DNA of 64,000 nt from Geosiphon pyriformis uo1 (Eukaryota; Fungi; Glomeromycota): the NCBI GenBank assembly GCA_016748015.1, contig JAAOMT010000590.1, positions 879,667 through 943,666 on the forward strand, written 5' to 3'. This document shows, piece after piece, positions 27,501-40,660 of the stretch. How positions within the stretch are numbered: the first letter of the stretch is position 1; each line of letters starts with the position of its first letter. The notes under the pieces are model-generated. The model ran no database searches, was not told the origin of the DNA, and worked only from the letters and a program-made list of their open reading frames with translations. A program made the position numbers and the translations under genes.

Positions 27501-27987
27501 ACAAACATGTATCTCTTGCTGCCATGTTTGATTAGATGACAAGAGATGCAATTAATTTTGGAAATAATTGGTATTTTCTACATTATTGCATCATTGTGGT
27601 GGCTGATAAATTGTGCAATTGTCAGTTAAGTATTCTTCTAATTTCTGATTAATTGAATTATTGAATTGTTTCAATTTGGAATCCAATTTAGATGATCCAT
27701 TCATCACTAGATTAATGGCTTGGGCATGATTGGCCTCTAACTCAGCCAACTCAAAGTCTCTAGCATGAATAATGGCAGCTTGAAGCATGGCTGAATGTAA
27801 TAGACATACATGTTGGAAAATACTACTACACAGGTCATGAATAAACTGGTTCAAAATCTGTGGTGCTGTAAAATAGTTGGTGTTGATTGCTTGGATCTGA
27901 CACAGATTTCAATGGAAGCATCTCAAGTATGTAATGACTGCTTTTGTATCTCCTTGTTTGATTGTATTGAAAATATTGGCCAAGTGA
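21586..27987 (-). pseudogene. Element A gag (C-terminal part) and pol relic: zinc knuckle, protease, Cys-rich cassette, dUTPase, RT, RNase H, integrase
   Basis: Protease LILNSGSTGS (~26790), dUTPase DAEFDL/SRSSLAKK/GIIDAKY (24885-25200), RT FCVDYQKLN...VMPFGL...YLDN (23493-24243), RNase H LEHLAIYWAV, integrase HSDLTAGH and TLFKLVYDR. Many stop codons. Confidence 0.9.
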
Positions 27988-29341
27988 TATTACAAGTGAT
28001 TATTTGGGGTCTCAAATCAAATAACAAATCTGTAACTTGATGCTTGATTGATTTATTAGCATTTGATCTGAAGGTATTGTTATTTGAAAGTTTTGGTTGA
28101 GTCTTTTGTATAATAAACAGAGATTTAATAGTTGTTTTAGTAGCCTCTTGGAATCACAATTCTGTCGAATTTCTTTCTTAGCATGGTGGTCAGTAATTCT
28201 CCTGGTAAGCTATTCTCAAATCTATGAGTGTTCTACCCTTGTTTCACGGGTCTTTTACCAGTCCCTATGATATCTGTACTTCAGCACTTAATCCTTAATC
28301 AATTAGTAAAATCAAAGAAATAACAAAAAAAAAATAAAAAAAATAAAAAAAAATAAAGAAATAAAGAAAAGCAATTGCAAGTTAGTATCTCATTAATAGC
28401 CATGATCAAAAGCTATTGTTCCAGTGTGGTTAAGTATTAATTACTATCAACATGAAATGTTGATAGTGAAGAGTGGATTAGAGATAGAGAATAATTATTT
28501 ATTGGATATTTGTGGGTTGAAAGATTGCTTAGATTAAATCTAAACTGGGAGGTCTGTTTTTTTTATTTCTAATGCTACTGCTATATATACATAATTGAAA
28601 TTCCTCAATTTCTCAATTCTTCACACCAGGAATCCTAAAATTTCTGGAATTCTGCAATTCCTCTAAAAAGAATTCTGGGATTCTGAAATCCTGTGATTCT
28701 TTATATGAGAATCCTGAAATTTCTGAAATTTTGAAATTCCTTTGAGAGGAATTCTGGAATTCCACATTTACTACAGCTACTTCTGATTGGCTAATTTATA
28801 TGTTAATATACTTTCTATATTTTATGAGTAACATTATTCTCTCCTTTTTAATATTGAGCTCTGTCGAGATCTCCTAATTCTAATTCTTTATCTTTGAGTA
28901 TTTCTTAAACTTTTTTTTCAAGAATTACTTGTGCTATCTTGTTCTATAAGTTTTCAAATTGTACATTTGTTATTTTTCTTATTTGGTTAATGGTAATAGA
29001 GTCTATTTTTGAATTGAGTAAAATTTCTGATTGATTTTAAAATCCATTGTGTAGTCAATAAATGGCTCTTGCTTGTGTGGTCAAATTGTTTTTCTTCACA
29101 AATTATTCCAGTTGTTGCAGTATTGTTGTGTCAAATAATCGTTTTGTTTTATCCATATATAAGTTTTGGATATTCAAGTGTTGTCCCAAATAAAAGTAAC
29201 AAAAGTTTCTTGGAAATTGTTGTATCCACCAATTTCAAGTTTTTATCATCAACTCTTAATATTGGATAACTTTTGATTGTGTTTCTATTGCCAATTTCAC
29301 TTTTGTGATTATCTTGTCCAGTATTCTCTGTTTTTCTCCAT

Positions 29342-32300
29342 TGTTATGGGTAAACTTGGTGGATAATAGAAATAGTAATGTTTGGTGCTCTCAATTATTG
29401 GTAATGCATCTTCTGTGTAATTCTGTTGGCTTAGTCTTGATTATCAGTCTCTGAAGATTTATTTCTGGATGTGAATTTACCTATTGAGTTCTTTGGTTAT
29501 AAGGCACAGAGTTTGTCTTTCGTCAATTGCAACGTCTTTCATAAATGTGAGCTTTCTTTTTTGAGCTAACGAGTGCAGTTATTAGGGTCTGGTGGTGTCT
29601 TTTCACACTTCTGGTAAGCTAACAAGATAACATTAATATCCAAAACCTAGGGAGAGCCTCTCTTTTTTATCAGACTATTACAAAGTCTATTCCCAGACAG
29701 TCAATTTTACTATGTTGCCGCTCCACAAAAAGAAAATAAGAAAGAAAGAAAAAGAAAAAAAAAAAAAAGATAAATTAATATCATCAATCACCATGATCAA
29801 GAGCAATTAGTCCAAATTGTTAATAGTCTAAGGCAGTTATGCTAAGCACATCTGTCTTAAAACAAAGATACAAAACAATGGTTAATTTACATAAATTCCA
29901 CACAGTTTGAGAACATGAATTCGTGATTCTGATTTCTTTGATAATTGATTTATTTCAGAAAATGAATATGAAAATATAATAAATGAGAAAAGGTGATGGA
30001 TATTTGTTTTTTGTCTAATGGTTCATATCTATCTGTCCTGTTTTTCTACCTTCTACCACTACTCACTTTTATACATTTTTTTGGTTTTACAAGATTGCTT
30101 CTAATTGTTTTCTTATTGCTAACTATTGCTTTGTTATTTTTGTTATTGCTTCATTTTTCTATGTTATTACTAATTATTCTATGTTATAACATATTATCTA
30201 GTGTTATTCTGTATTATCCTATATTGTAACACATTATCTTTCATTATTCTAAGTTATAACATGTTATTCAATATTATTGTGTGCTATCCTAAGTTATAAT
30301 ACATTATTCAATATTATTGCGTGCTATTCTGTGTTATGTCACATTTTGGTCACATTTCTTCATAACTTTGGATTGGTTTTTCTATTTGGGTAATATTATC
30401 TCTCTTTTTTTAGAATTGAGCTTCTGCAAAATCGTATGTATCTGTTTTTATGTTTTCATTTGTGAGTGGTATGGTGACAATAAGGGTCATTTTATTCCAA
30501 ACTGTTGGCTTAGTTCAGTTAGCATATTATTAACAAAATGTGTTTCCTAATCAGATAATAATTCTTTCGGGCATCCATGTCAGCAAATTAAGTCTTGATA
30601 CACAAATTCAGCTATTGTTTTAGTGTTAGCCACTTGGATTGCTCTGGCTTCTGGCCATTTTGTAAGATAGTCTATGGCTACAGCAATATAGTGATTTTCT
30701 TAGGATGTAATCAAGAGAGGTCCAATCAAATTAATCCTGATTCTATCAAATAGATTTCCAACTGAAATGGATCGAAGTGGTTCTGTTGATCTTGCTCCTC
30801 CTCTTTGCTAACATGCATTACAATTGAGCACATATTCGAAAATGTCTTTGTATATTGTTGGCCAATAATATAAATTTAGTGTTCTTTCGAGAGTAGCATC
30901 CTTGTTAAAGTGTCCTGCAGTTGGATCAGAATGCATATTATGTAATATAGTTTTCTTTTCACTGTTTTTTATAACTCGTTGTGGAATGGGACAGTTTCGA
31001 TGTTCTCATTAATATAGTTAGTTGTCTTGAATAAAATAATTTCGGGTTTGTTTTCATATAGTACCTCATTCCTGTTAAGATAATATCTCCTTGAAACATA
31101 ATGTTGATAGATACTAATGTAGTCATTGATAAGTAAGTGTGTCTATGAGTCTGAGATTAGGTTTGTAGCATTCTTGACAAACTGTTGGCATTGGTGTTCT
31201 TGAATCCTTCCTTGTAATAAACTTTGAGTGAGAATTGTTGCAGATAAATACTCCATTTTGCATATTTTCTTTCTAATTGTGAATTATTGAGTAATCAAAT
31301 AAGTCTTTTGTGATTGGTATATAGGTTAAATGGTTGACTGAAGTAATATTTCCAAGTCTGTATGGCCCAATAAATGGCAAGACATTCCAAATCTGTTGTG
31401 TTGTAATTCTTTTCTGCCAGGTTTGTACTGCGACTGGTGTAAACAACTAGATGTTCTTTATTGTCTGGTCCTATCTGGGATAATACTGCTCCTAGAGCAT
31501 TTTTCGAGATGTCCATAGTAACAATAAACCATTTAGTAAAATTTGGATAAATCAGGATGGAGGATGTGATCAAACGCTGCTTGAGATAGTCAAATGCTTT
31601 CTGTTGCTCTTCTTTCTACAAGTACAGTATGTATTTAGACAACAAATGATGGAGTGGTTTTGTGATGTTCTAGAAACCTTTAACAAATCGATGATAATAG
31701 TCTGCCAATCCTAAAAATTCTCATAATTCTCTGAGGTTGATTGGGGCTGGAAAATTCTTGACTTTTCAGACCTTATCTGGATCAGATTTGACTCCGTCTT
31801 TACCAATTACATGTTCTAGAAACTTTAACTTAGTTTTTTCAAAGAAGCATTTATCAGAGTTGAATTTCAATCTGGTACTACAAAGGCATTCAAAAACTTG
31901 TTGCAGATGGAGCAAATGATTGTCGAACATATTAGAGAAAACATTTGTGTTGTCTAGATATACTACAACTGATTTTCACAGAATTTCTTTGTATACAATA
32001 TCTATGAGATGCTGAAATGTGGCGGGAGTATTACAGAGTTCAAAAAGCATTACATTAAACTCGAAGTTTCTGTTTCGAGTAGTAAACACTGTTTTTTCTT
32101 TGTCTTTGGGGTTCATTTTAACTTGCCAGTAACCATTTGCTAAATCTAATGATGAAAACTATTTCTTTTTCTTTAGATTGTTCAGAATTTTTTGGATGAA
32201 GAAAGTGGGATAATTATCTCCTCATGTGATGCTATTTAGTTTTCAGTAATCTATGCAAAATTGCACCTTTCTATTTTTTTTGGTGACCAAGACTACTGGA

Positions 32301-35300
32301 AAAGACCAAGGGCTTAATGATTCTTTGATCAGGCCATTGTTAAGCATTTGTTGGACTTCTTATTTGATAAGGTTGTTACCAGATGGGGGTATTCAGTAAG
32401 TTTGTTGTTTAATAGATCAAGTGTCTCTCATATCAATCTGATGCTTTATGATGTCAGTACATCCGAACTCATTTTTGCTGGCAAAGACATTAGCATACTG
32501 ATTCAGAAGGACTTTGAATTGCATTTGTTGCAAAGTACTTAAGTTTCCTAAATTTAATTTATTGATCTTCTCCAGTGTAAACAAGTAATTTTTTTTTGGC
32601 AAATTTTATACTTGTGAAGTGATATTGCAAAATAAAAATAGCTGTGCAAAATCTAGAATGGACTGGGGTTTTTCAGAATGTTGAATGTCTGGTGAAATGG
32701 AACCAATGAGAGTTCCTTTGGGGATTTCAATTACATTTTCTGTGGAATTGTGGATGGAGATTTTGAAGTGTTTATGGACTTTGGCCAGTAGGTATAAGTT
32801 AGCAACATTGGCTAGAGAACAGATTTCAGGATTGGCTTCAAATAACAGGGCTTGATCTTGGATCTTTCAATTTATCTTGAGGAGGTATTGTCGGTAAAAG
32901 GGAATGGAGATGACTGTGTTAATGTAGATAAGTTCTACCTGATTATTATCTTCTTCCATGAAGTTAATTGGTATGTTTCCTCTTTTACTTAATCCAAATC
33001 TGTTGATTCCTCAGGCAGTAAGGCCTAATTCTTTTTGGGTTGTTACCGGAGTTAATTGGGGTATTTTGACTAGGGGTAGGAAAATAGCTTAGGCAATCTT
33101 TTTTTGTGATTTTATTTTGTAGAGTCTGTCTGAATTGTTCTGTAGCATCATAATAATGTTTTCCGTGTAACCGGCATCAATGATTCTTCCTTTTATGTTG
33201 ATTTTTTTCTTGGCTAGACTAAATTGAAAGGCAACTTGTACTATTGTGTTAACAAGAATTTCTAATGCTATCTTAAGATCTATTTTTACAAGGGAATGTG
33301 GGGCTATAATTATAGATGATTGTCTGGGGTATCATAAGTTGAAACCAATATTGGTGTCATGCACTCTTTCAGAACAGATTTCTTCTTCATTGTCACTGTA
33401 CTATTTTAATTCTAATTCTTTAGATAGGTCAGGATATGCAAGATACTGCTCTGTTTCAATAGCTTCATTAGGCTTTTGAAATGACATGTCCTCAACTATT
33501 AACTTGACTTCTTCTTCAGATTCTGGTAGTTTGTCAATAAGGTGTAATATTTTTGACAGTGGATTGAACATGAGGTCACATTTGTCACAATACTGGAAAT
33601 GGCAAGGGATTAGGCAATGATCACATAATTTTATGTTTAGGTCAGCTAGTCTCTGTTCTTGTTCTTCTTGGGTTGGGGCCAATTCTTGGTAACAGTCCTG
33701 AAACACATCCGAGTCATCAGTAAAAAAATCTTCAATGATGTAATCAGGTTCTTTGTATTCGGGTACAAATGGGTTTTTTTTGATTTCTTGTATTTCATTA
33801 AGTGTGGCATCTTCAAATTTGGCACTTGCCATCCTCCATATTTTGTGTTCATTATGTAGATAGCCATCCAATCTATTGAGGACTTATCTCTGACTGGCTT
33901 CGATTGGGGTTCTTTTTTGTACCCAATCATTAATCAAGATAATATATTGACACGCTTTGTCACATGTCCCTACTCTGCCAGGGACATCATTCCAGAATCC
34001 TCTATCTGATAGAATCTCACTACAGGCAAGGCATAGTGTACTGTCCCATTTGCCTTGTCATTTCAGTCTTCCAAATCTTTCCATTACACATGGTCTGCAA
34101 TAGTATTTTGTGGCAGTTGGCCATTTTTCATAATTTCCTATACACGTGCCCATAGAGGATAACTTTTTCGCACAGTTGACACAGTTTAATTTCAAGGCTT
34201 GATACCATTAACTTTCTTGACTTGGGGCAGAATAGCCTGCAGGTGCCAATTGTAGTTTTTCTGTTTTTTTCTTTCCTTTTTCTTCCCAAGTTAGTAGTGG
34301 GGATAACTTTGTTTGGAAATTGTCTGCCCACAAAACTTGATAGATTTCTATGGTAGGTGGTGGTATTGTGTCTTCAAATTCAATTAATGGTTCCTCTGAG
34401 CTTTGGACTTGGAAGTGTTTACACATAGCTGAGACTTGGACATGTTGTTCATTAAAGGTAATCTATAATTCCTGTGTGTTCCAGTCAAGAATGGCATAGG
34501 CTTTGGCCAATTAGTTATTTCCAACAAAGGCTTGATATTGCATGGCTTCTATGACCAGGACTTTAATAGAAATCTGGATTCCATTGATCTCAAAGGGGAA
34601 ATTATCAATTTCTCCAATAAAAGTCTTGATATTGCCATCTGCAGTAATAATTTGGGCAGTTGTGGCACGATCTATTCAATAACCTAATTAATCTATGAGT
34701 TGTTTCATTATTATACTGCCTGCTGAACTGCTGTTTAGAATTAACTTAATATCTATGTTCCCAACTCTAGCATCAGTGTACAGAGCTGTGATTGGTTTAT
34801 CCTAATTAATGGCAGCTCCACTAAAAAGACTAGTGGTGTTTAGATGGTCAATGTTGAAGAGAAATATAACAACAAGGGTAGTGTCTTCGGTAATGATGGC
34901 GGATAGAATAGTATTGTTGATTTGATTTTGCTTTGAAGGAGTGGGAGTCTCTCCTACATCCTTCCCTTCTAAAGATTTAGAACTATAAAAATCCTGATTT
35001 TCAGTAAGACCAAGATATGAGGCTTGGTTAAAGTATCTGGTTGGTGCTGGTCAAGATGGGGCATTACTATGATTTAGGGATTGCAATGGTACACTGTTAA
35101 TCAGCCTTTGATTGTTGCTGAGATTTCTCCATCCTTGGTTGGAATTAATCACACAATGCTTAGATTGGCTATTAATAGGACTTTAGTACTGGGGTGCTGC
35201 TTGAGTCATTGGCTGTGAAGACTGGTAGTAGGTCTGAAGTGGTTGCTGGGTATACTGTATTTGTGGTAAGTATTGAGGTGGTTGATATTGAGGCGTAGGG

Positions 35301-38066
35301 TATTGGAATACTATGTTTTGAGGGTATTTCAGATGTTAATATTAATTTTCTTGGTTTTGGTCTATTACTTTCTTACAGCAGTCTTGGATAATGTGTTCAG
35401 GTTTCTGGCAATAGTAACAATTGTGGAAATTGGATCTCTAAGGTTGTTGTTGTTGCTGGTGATTCTGTTGTTGTTGGTATCTGGTGTTATTACTATCTCT
35501 TCGTTGTGGTGGTTGGTAGGGTCCTATGGTACTAGCTAAAAATCTCTCAATTTTCTGAGTTAATTTTTTATTTAATTGAGTTATTTTTGTGTTGATATTA
35601 GATGTTCTATTGATAGCCAGATTAATGGCTTGAGTATGGTTAGTCTCTTGTTCTGCTGACTCAAAGTCACAAGCAAAAGTAACTGCTTCTTATAGGTTTG
35701 TTGGGTGGTGGGGTCTTATGGATCAGAGGAAACTGCTTTTTAATCCTTTGACAAATTGGTTAAGGATTTGCACCACAGTGTAGTAATCCCTTTCAATGGG
35801 CTGGATTTGATGAAAAATTTGGTTGAATTGTCCAAGATAAGTGGTTACTGCTTTGTGGTTTTTTTGTTTTATGATACTAAACTGATTTTGTAATCTGATG
35901 AGAGTATTGGAGTCACAGAAGTATTGCAGAAAGACAAGTTTAAAGACAACAAAGTCAGTTGGTTTCTTTGCAAGGCTTTGATATTATGAGTCTGTAGTTC
36001 CAGTCAGAAAGAATGGCAATGATTAAATAGTCCTATCATTATCCTAATTGTTGGCAGTAATAACTTTCTCGGCTTCCACAATCCATATATATACGTTATC
36101 TTCTTCACTGGAGAATTTCTCTAATTTGGCAATATCTTGGTAAGCCATGATCTGGTGAGTAGGTAGAGGCTTACTGATTGATGCCAGAGGGTTTGGTGTT
36201 TGTGTGTTAGAGTGTTTTCCTGGTGCTAATTCTGATTGTTTTCCTTTGTTAATTTTCCCAATAGGCTGGAGGATAGCTGTTTTTTCAGAGAGAGTGGTTG
36301 ATGATTCAGTCAATGGTTGAGTTGGCAGTGGTTTCCATATCGATATATTTCTGTCTGTTTTGTTAAGTGTTGGAGAGAGATTTCCAAACAACAATTTGTA
36401 TTTTCCTAATGATTTGGTCTAACTATGTTGATTCCAAAGGTATAGATTTTCAGGAGTTTGTGGTGTTTTTAACTGAGTTTCTGGGGGTGGGTTGAATACA
36501 ATTCTACTTTGGGGTGTCTGATAGTATAATGGAGTTATTAGGAAGAGGAATCTTGGTTTCTTGTTGACCATGAACTTAGCTTGGACAGTTATGGAGTTGT
36601 TAGATTCATCTTCGTATTCCTCAGAGTCAAATTCCACTAGTTTTTGTACTTGAAAGAATCATTTTGCCATGTAATATTTAATGTCTGTATTAATTATGCA
36701 CAGAGTTTTAGCAATTGCTCAAGTGGTTGTGGCTGTTAAGTACCCTAATAAGCTTTGATAAATTTGTTCTCTCAGTCTTCCTGTGTCAGTTGCGCGGCCT
36801 AATAAGCAATCAATTTTTGCATTAATATAGTTACAAAAATTACTTTCTGCATAAGTGGTTTCTGCTGGTATTCCTAAGTTTTTTTGAAAGTATTGAAATA
36901 GTGCTCTTCTGTATGGGAAGTGATCCTTTTCTACTGTTCTAATAGTCGCCACTTTTGTGTATTTCTGGAGTGCTCTGTCTTTGTGAATTTATAACTTCAC
37001 AGGAAGCACCAAATGTTATGGGTAAACTTGGTGAGTAATGAAGATGGTAATGTTTGGTGCTTTCAATTATTGGTAATGCGTCTTCTACATAATTCTGTTG
37101 GCTTAGTCTCAATTATCAGTTTTTGAAGATCTATTTCTGGATGTGAATTTACCTGTTAAGTTCTTTGGTTATAAGGCACAGAGTTTGTCTTTCGTCAATT
37201 ACAATGTCTTTCGTAAATATAAGCTTTCTTCTCTGAGCTAATGAGTGCAGTCATTAGGGTCTGGTGGTGTCTTTTTGCCCTTCTGGTAAGCTAACAAGAT
37301 AATGTTAATATCTAAAACCTAGGGGGAGCCTCTCTTTTTTACCAGGCTATTACAAAGTCTATTTTCAGACAGTCAATTTTACTATGTTGTCATTTCACAA
37401 AAAAAAATAAGAAAAAAAGAAAAAAAAAGAAAAAAAAAAGATAAATTAGTATTATCAATCACCATAATCAAGAGTGATTGGTCCAAATCATTAATAGTTC
37501 AAGACAGTTATGCTAAGTGCATCTGTCTTAAAACGAAGATATGAAACAATGGTTAATTCATGTAAATCCCATACAGTTCGAGAACATGAATTTGTGATTC
37601 TGATTTCTTTGATAATTGATTTATTTTAGAAGATGAATATGAAAATATAATAAATAAGAAGGGGTGATGAATATTTGTTTTTTGTTTAGTAGTTTGTATT
37701 TATCTGTCCTGTTTTTCTATCTTTTACTACTACTTGCTTTTATACATTTTTTTGGTTTTACAGGATTGCTTCTGATTGTTTTGTTATTGCTAACTATTGC
37801 TTTGTTATTTCTGTTATTGCTTTGTTCTTCTACATTATTACTAGTTATCCTATGTTATAACATATTATCTAGTATTATTCTGTGTTATTCCATGTTGTAA
37901 CATGTTATCTTGTGCTATCCTAAGTTATAATATGTTATTCAATGTTATTGTGCACTATCCTAAGTTATAACACATTATTCAATATTATTGTATGCTATTC
38001 TGTGTTATGTCACATTCTGATCAAGTTTCTTCATAACTTCGGATTGGTTTTTCTATTCGGATAACA
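29342..38066 (-). mobile_element. Ty3/Gypsy LTR retrotransposon C (most divergent family), inserted in ORF3 of B; internally deleted
   Basis: LTRs at 29342-30395 and 37014-38066 (~1.05 kb); TSD CCAT/CTAT; PBS 36994-37011. Contains gag, protease, Cys-rich cassette (CDHCLIPCHFQYCDKC), dUTPase (GGIIDAGYTEN-like, ~33150-33190), RT, RNase H and the N-half of integrase. The integrase C-terminus and most of ORF3 are missing near 30450. Confidence 0.92.
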
Positions 38067-40024
38067 CTATATTTTGTCTCGTGGTTTTTTTCTGGTGTTT
38101 GTGTATTAGATAGTTTGTTGGTTAATTGTAATTTTTATCTCTTGTTGTTGTATCAGTTAAAAAAGTTGTTGTGCTAGTGAGTAAATGCTGTTAGTAATTT
38201 CCATTTTTTACTGTCTTTTGTCATGTATACCATGTCTTTATATACTCTTTTGATTGTTCAATTTTACATGTTTGGTTCAATAATTATAATTGGTTCTAGA
38301 TCTTGTGGAATCTCATTTGGTTTAACTAGTATTCCTTGTACTTCTAATTGTGAAATATTATTGGTAGATAATGATGCTATATAGTAATATTTTTCAGTCA
38401 ATTACTATATGCTGCTTTGGTTAAGGTTTTGTTGTTCAACTTTAATTTATAAGCTCTATTTCTAAGAATTTCTTCTATGTAAAATGGTTCATCCTATTTG
38501 GGGTTAAATTTTCCACTCTATTATTTTTCTGTTTTGGTACGATATAGAAGTATTTTGTCTCCAATTTTGAATTCAACTGGTTTCTCTGGTAGTTGGTTAT
38601 TGTGTCTTTCTTTTTGTTTTTCTTGTAACTTTTGGATGTTATCAGCTGCTCTTTGCCATGTGTTTTCTAGTGTCTCTATTAAGTCATATGTTTTTTTTAA
38701 CAATGTTCTTTGAAAGTTCTCTTTTGTTATTGGTTCTGTAGGATATGTCTTGACTTCTATTTTAATTGGTAGTGTTGCTGTTTTATCATATACTAATTCA
38801 AATAGTGTTGCTTGTGTAGTGTTTTGTTTCATTGTTTAATAAACAAATAATACTGATGGTATAATCAAGTCTCATTCATTCTGGTTTTCTTGGCTGATTT
38901 TGGCAATGGTTTCACACAGTGTTCTGTTAAACCTTTTGACTAACCCATTTGTTTATGGATAGTATAGTGATGATAATGATTTTTTATCCCAAATCTTTGA
39001 CTTAATTCTACCAATGTTCTATTTACAAAGTGAGTTTCTTGATCTAATAGTAGTTTTTTTGGACATTTATATCGACAAATTAAATCTTGATAAACAAATT
39101 TGGCAACGGATTCTGCATCTGCTCTTTAAATGGTTTTTGCTTCTGGCCATTGTTACAGGTAATTATTTGGTTGTTGAAGTAGATAACAAACCCATAACTT
39201 GGTACTCAAAGCTGTTAATGATGGAATCTGAAGGTGTATTATTTGAAGGTTTTGTCATGGAGTTCTTTGTATAATGGACAAAGATTCAGTAATAATAGTT
39301 TTATCTGTAGCTTCCTGAAACCACAGTTTTGTCAATTTTTTTCTCAGTGTAATGGTTGGTGTTTCTCCTGGTAAGCTAACCTCAATCGAGTATCCTACTC
39401 TTATTTCTGAGTCTTTTACTAATGCTATATTCTGACATTAGTACCCTGTACATTAATCCTCAATAGAGTTAGTAATATCAACAATTAAGACAAAAAAATA
39501 AAAGAAATTATATAAAAATAAGCCAAGACAATGAACATGTTAGTATTCCGTCAATAGCTGTGATCAAGAGCTATTGGTTCAGTGTGGTTATGTATCAATA
39601 ACTATCAATATAAAGTGTTGATAGTGGAGAGTGGATTTGGATGGTAAATGATTTATTTATTTATTATTTGTGAATGAAAGATTTTTAACTAACTGTCTTT
39701 TTTTCTACTTTTAATGCTACTGCTATATATATATGATTGATGTTCTATAAGATCACTTACATTTCTGAGTGATGTGCTATGATTTTTTGAGCAATGCTCA
39801 TATTGCTGAGCAATATGCTCTAATTTTCTAATATTGCTCCACATTGCTGAGCAATATGCCATGTTTTCTGATATTGCTCCATATTGTTGAGCAATGTGCC
39901 ATGATTTCTGATATTGCTCTATATTGCTGAGCAATATACTCACATATTAAATACTATTTTTTTATTGGTCTGCTATTTTCTATATCTGTTTTTTTTCTTT
40001 TATGAGTAACATTATCTCCTCCTT

Positions 40025-40660
40025 TTAATATTGAGCTCTATCAAAATCTTTGTTTTAAATTAATTCTAATACTTCTTTTTCAAGTATTGTTTGTTCGATT
40101 CTGTTCTTCACGTCTTCTACTTGTGTATTGTTTATTTTTTCTCATTGGTTAATAGTTATGGTTTCCATGTCAGAGTATAACAGTATTTTTGGATAGTTCT
40201 AAAATATATTGTGCAGTCAGTAAATTGTTCTTACATGTAGTGTTGAGTTTGTCTTTTTCCCAATAAATTCTTTGATTTGCTGTATTATGTTTTGGTTAAA
40301 TATCCTTTTGGATTTGTTAATATACAACTCTTGAATATTCAACTTTCGACCTAACTAGTAGTAACAGTATGATATTAGAAGTTGTTCTGTCCATTGTTTT
40401 CAATTCTCTTTTGTAAATTCTTTTGTTGGTGCCATAATAAATATTTTCCCAAAAGTGTTCTTTACTTTTTTTATTATGTTATCTGACCCATTTTTATTAT
40501 TCTTTGGTAACTGCTAATATGGCATATTTTTTGTCTTACTTTTGGTGTTTTGATAGCAAATTGTTTGGTTGTTAATGATAATTTTTAAGTCTAAAGGTTG
40601 TTAACTTAAGGCCTAGAATAATTGTTAAGCTATAGTGTAAATATGATCTGGTATTTTCAT
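40025..40660 (-). pseudogene. ORF3 (env-position accessory ORF) of element D, decayed
   Basis: MKIPDHIYTIA...W-QW-EQL-SYCYY-LGRKLNIQELYINKSKRIF...RTIY-LHN...TITINQ...ILEKEV...DFDRAQY*, homologous to ORF3 of A and B. Confidence 0.75.

Noticed and set aside
28381-28480. LTR twin hairpin as a hammerhead, twister or pistol ribozyme
   Set aside because: A TTGAYGAG resembles the hammerhead CUGAnGA core, but no correctly placed GAAA/UH was found and the loop does not fit the twister or pistol consensus by eye. Kept only as a structured element.
29993-30229. Hydrophobic plus-strand ORF repeated in both C LTRs (also 37664-37900) as a membrane protein or env
   Set aside because: Translation of T-rich TTG/TTA/CTA low-complexity LTR sequence, antisense to the element, with no counterpart in the other families.
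39689-39943. Repetitive ORF (IAQQY repeats) in the D LTR
   Set aside because: It is simply the U3 palindromic repeat array, upstream of the TATA box.
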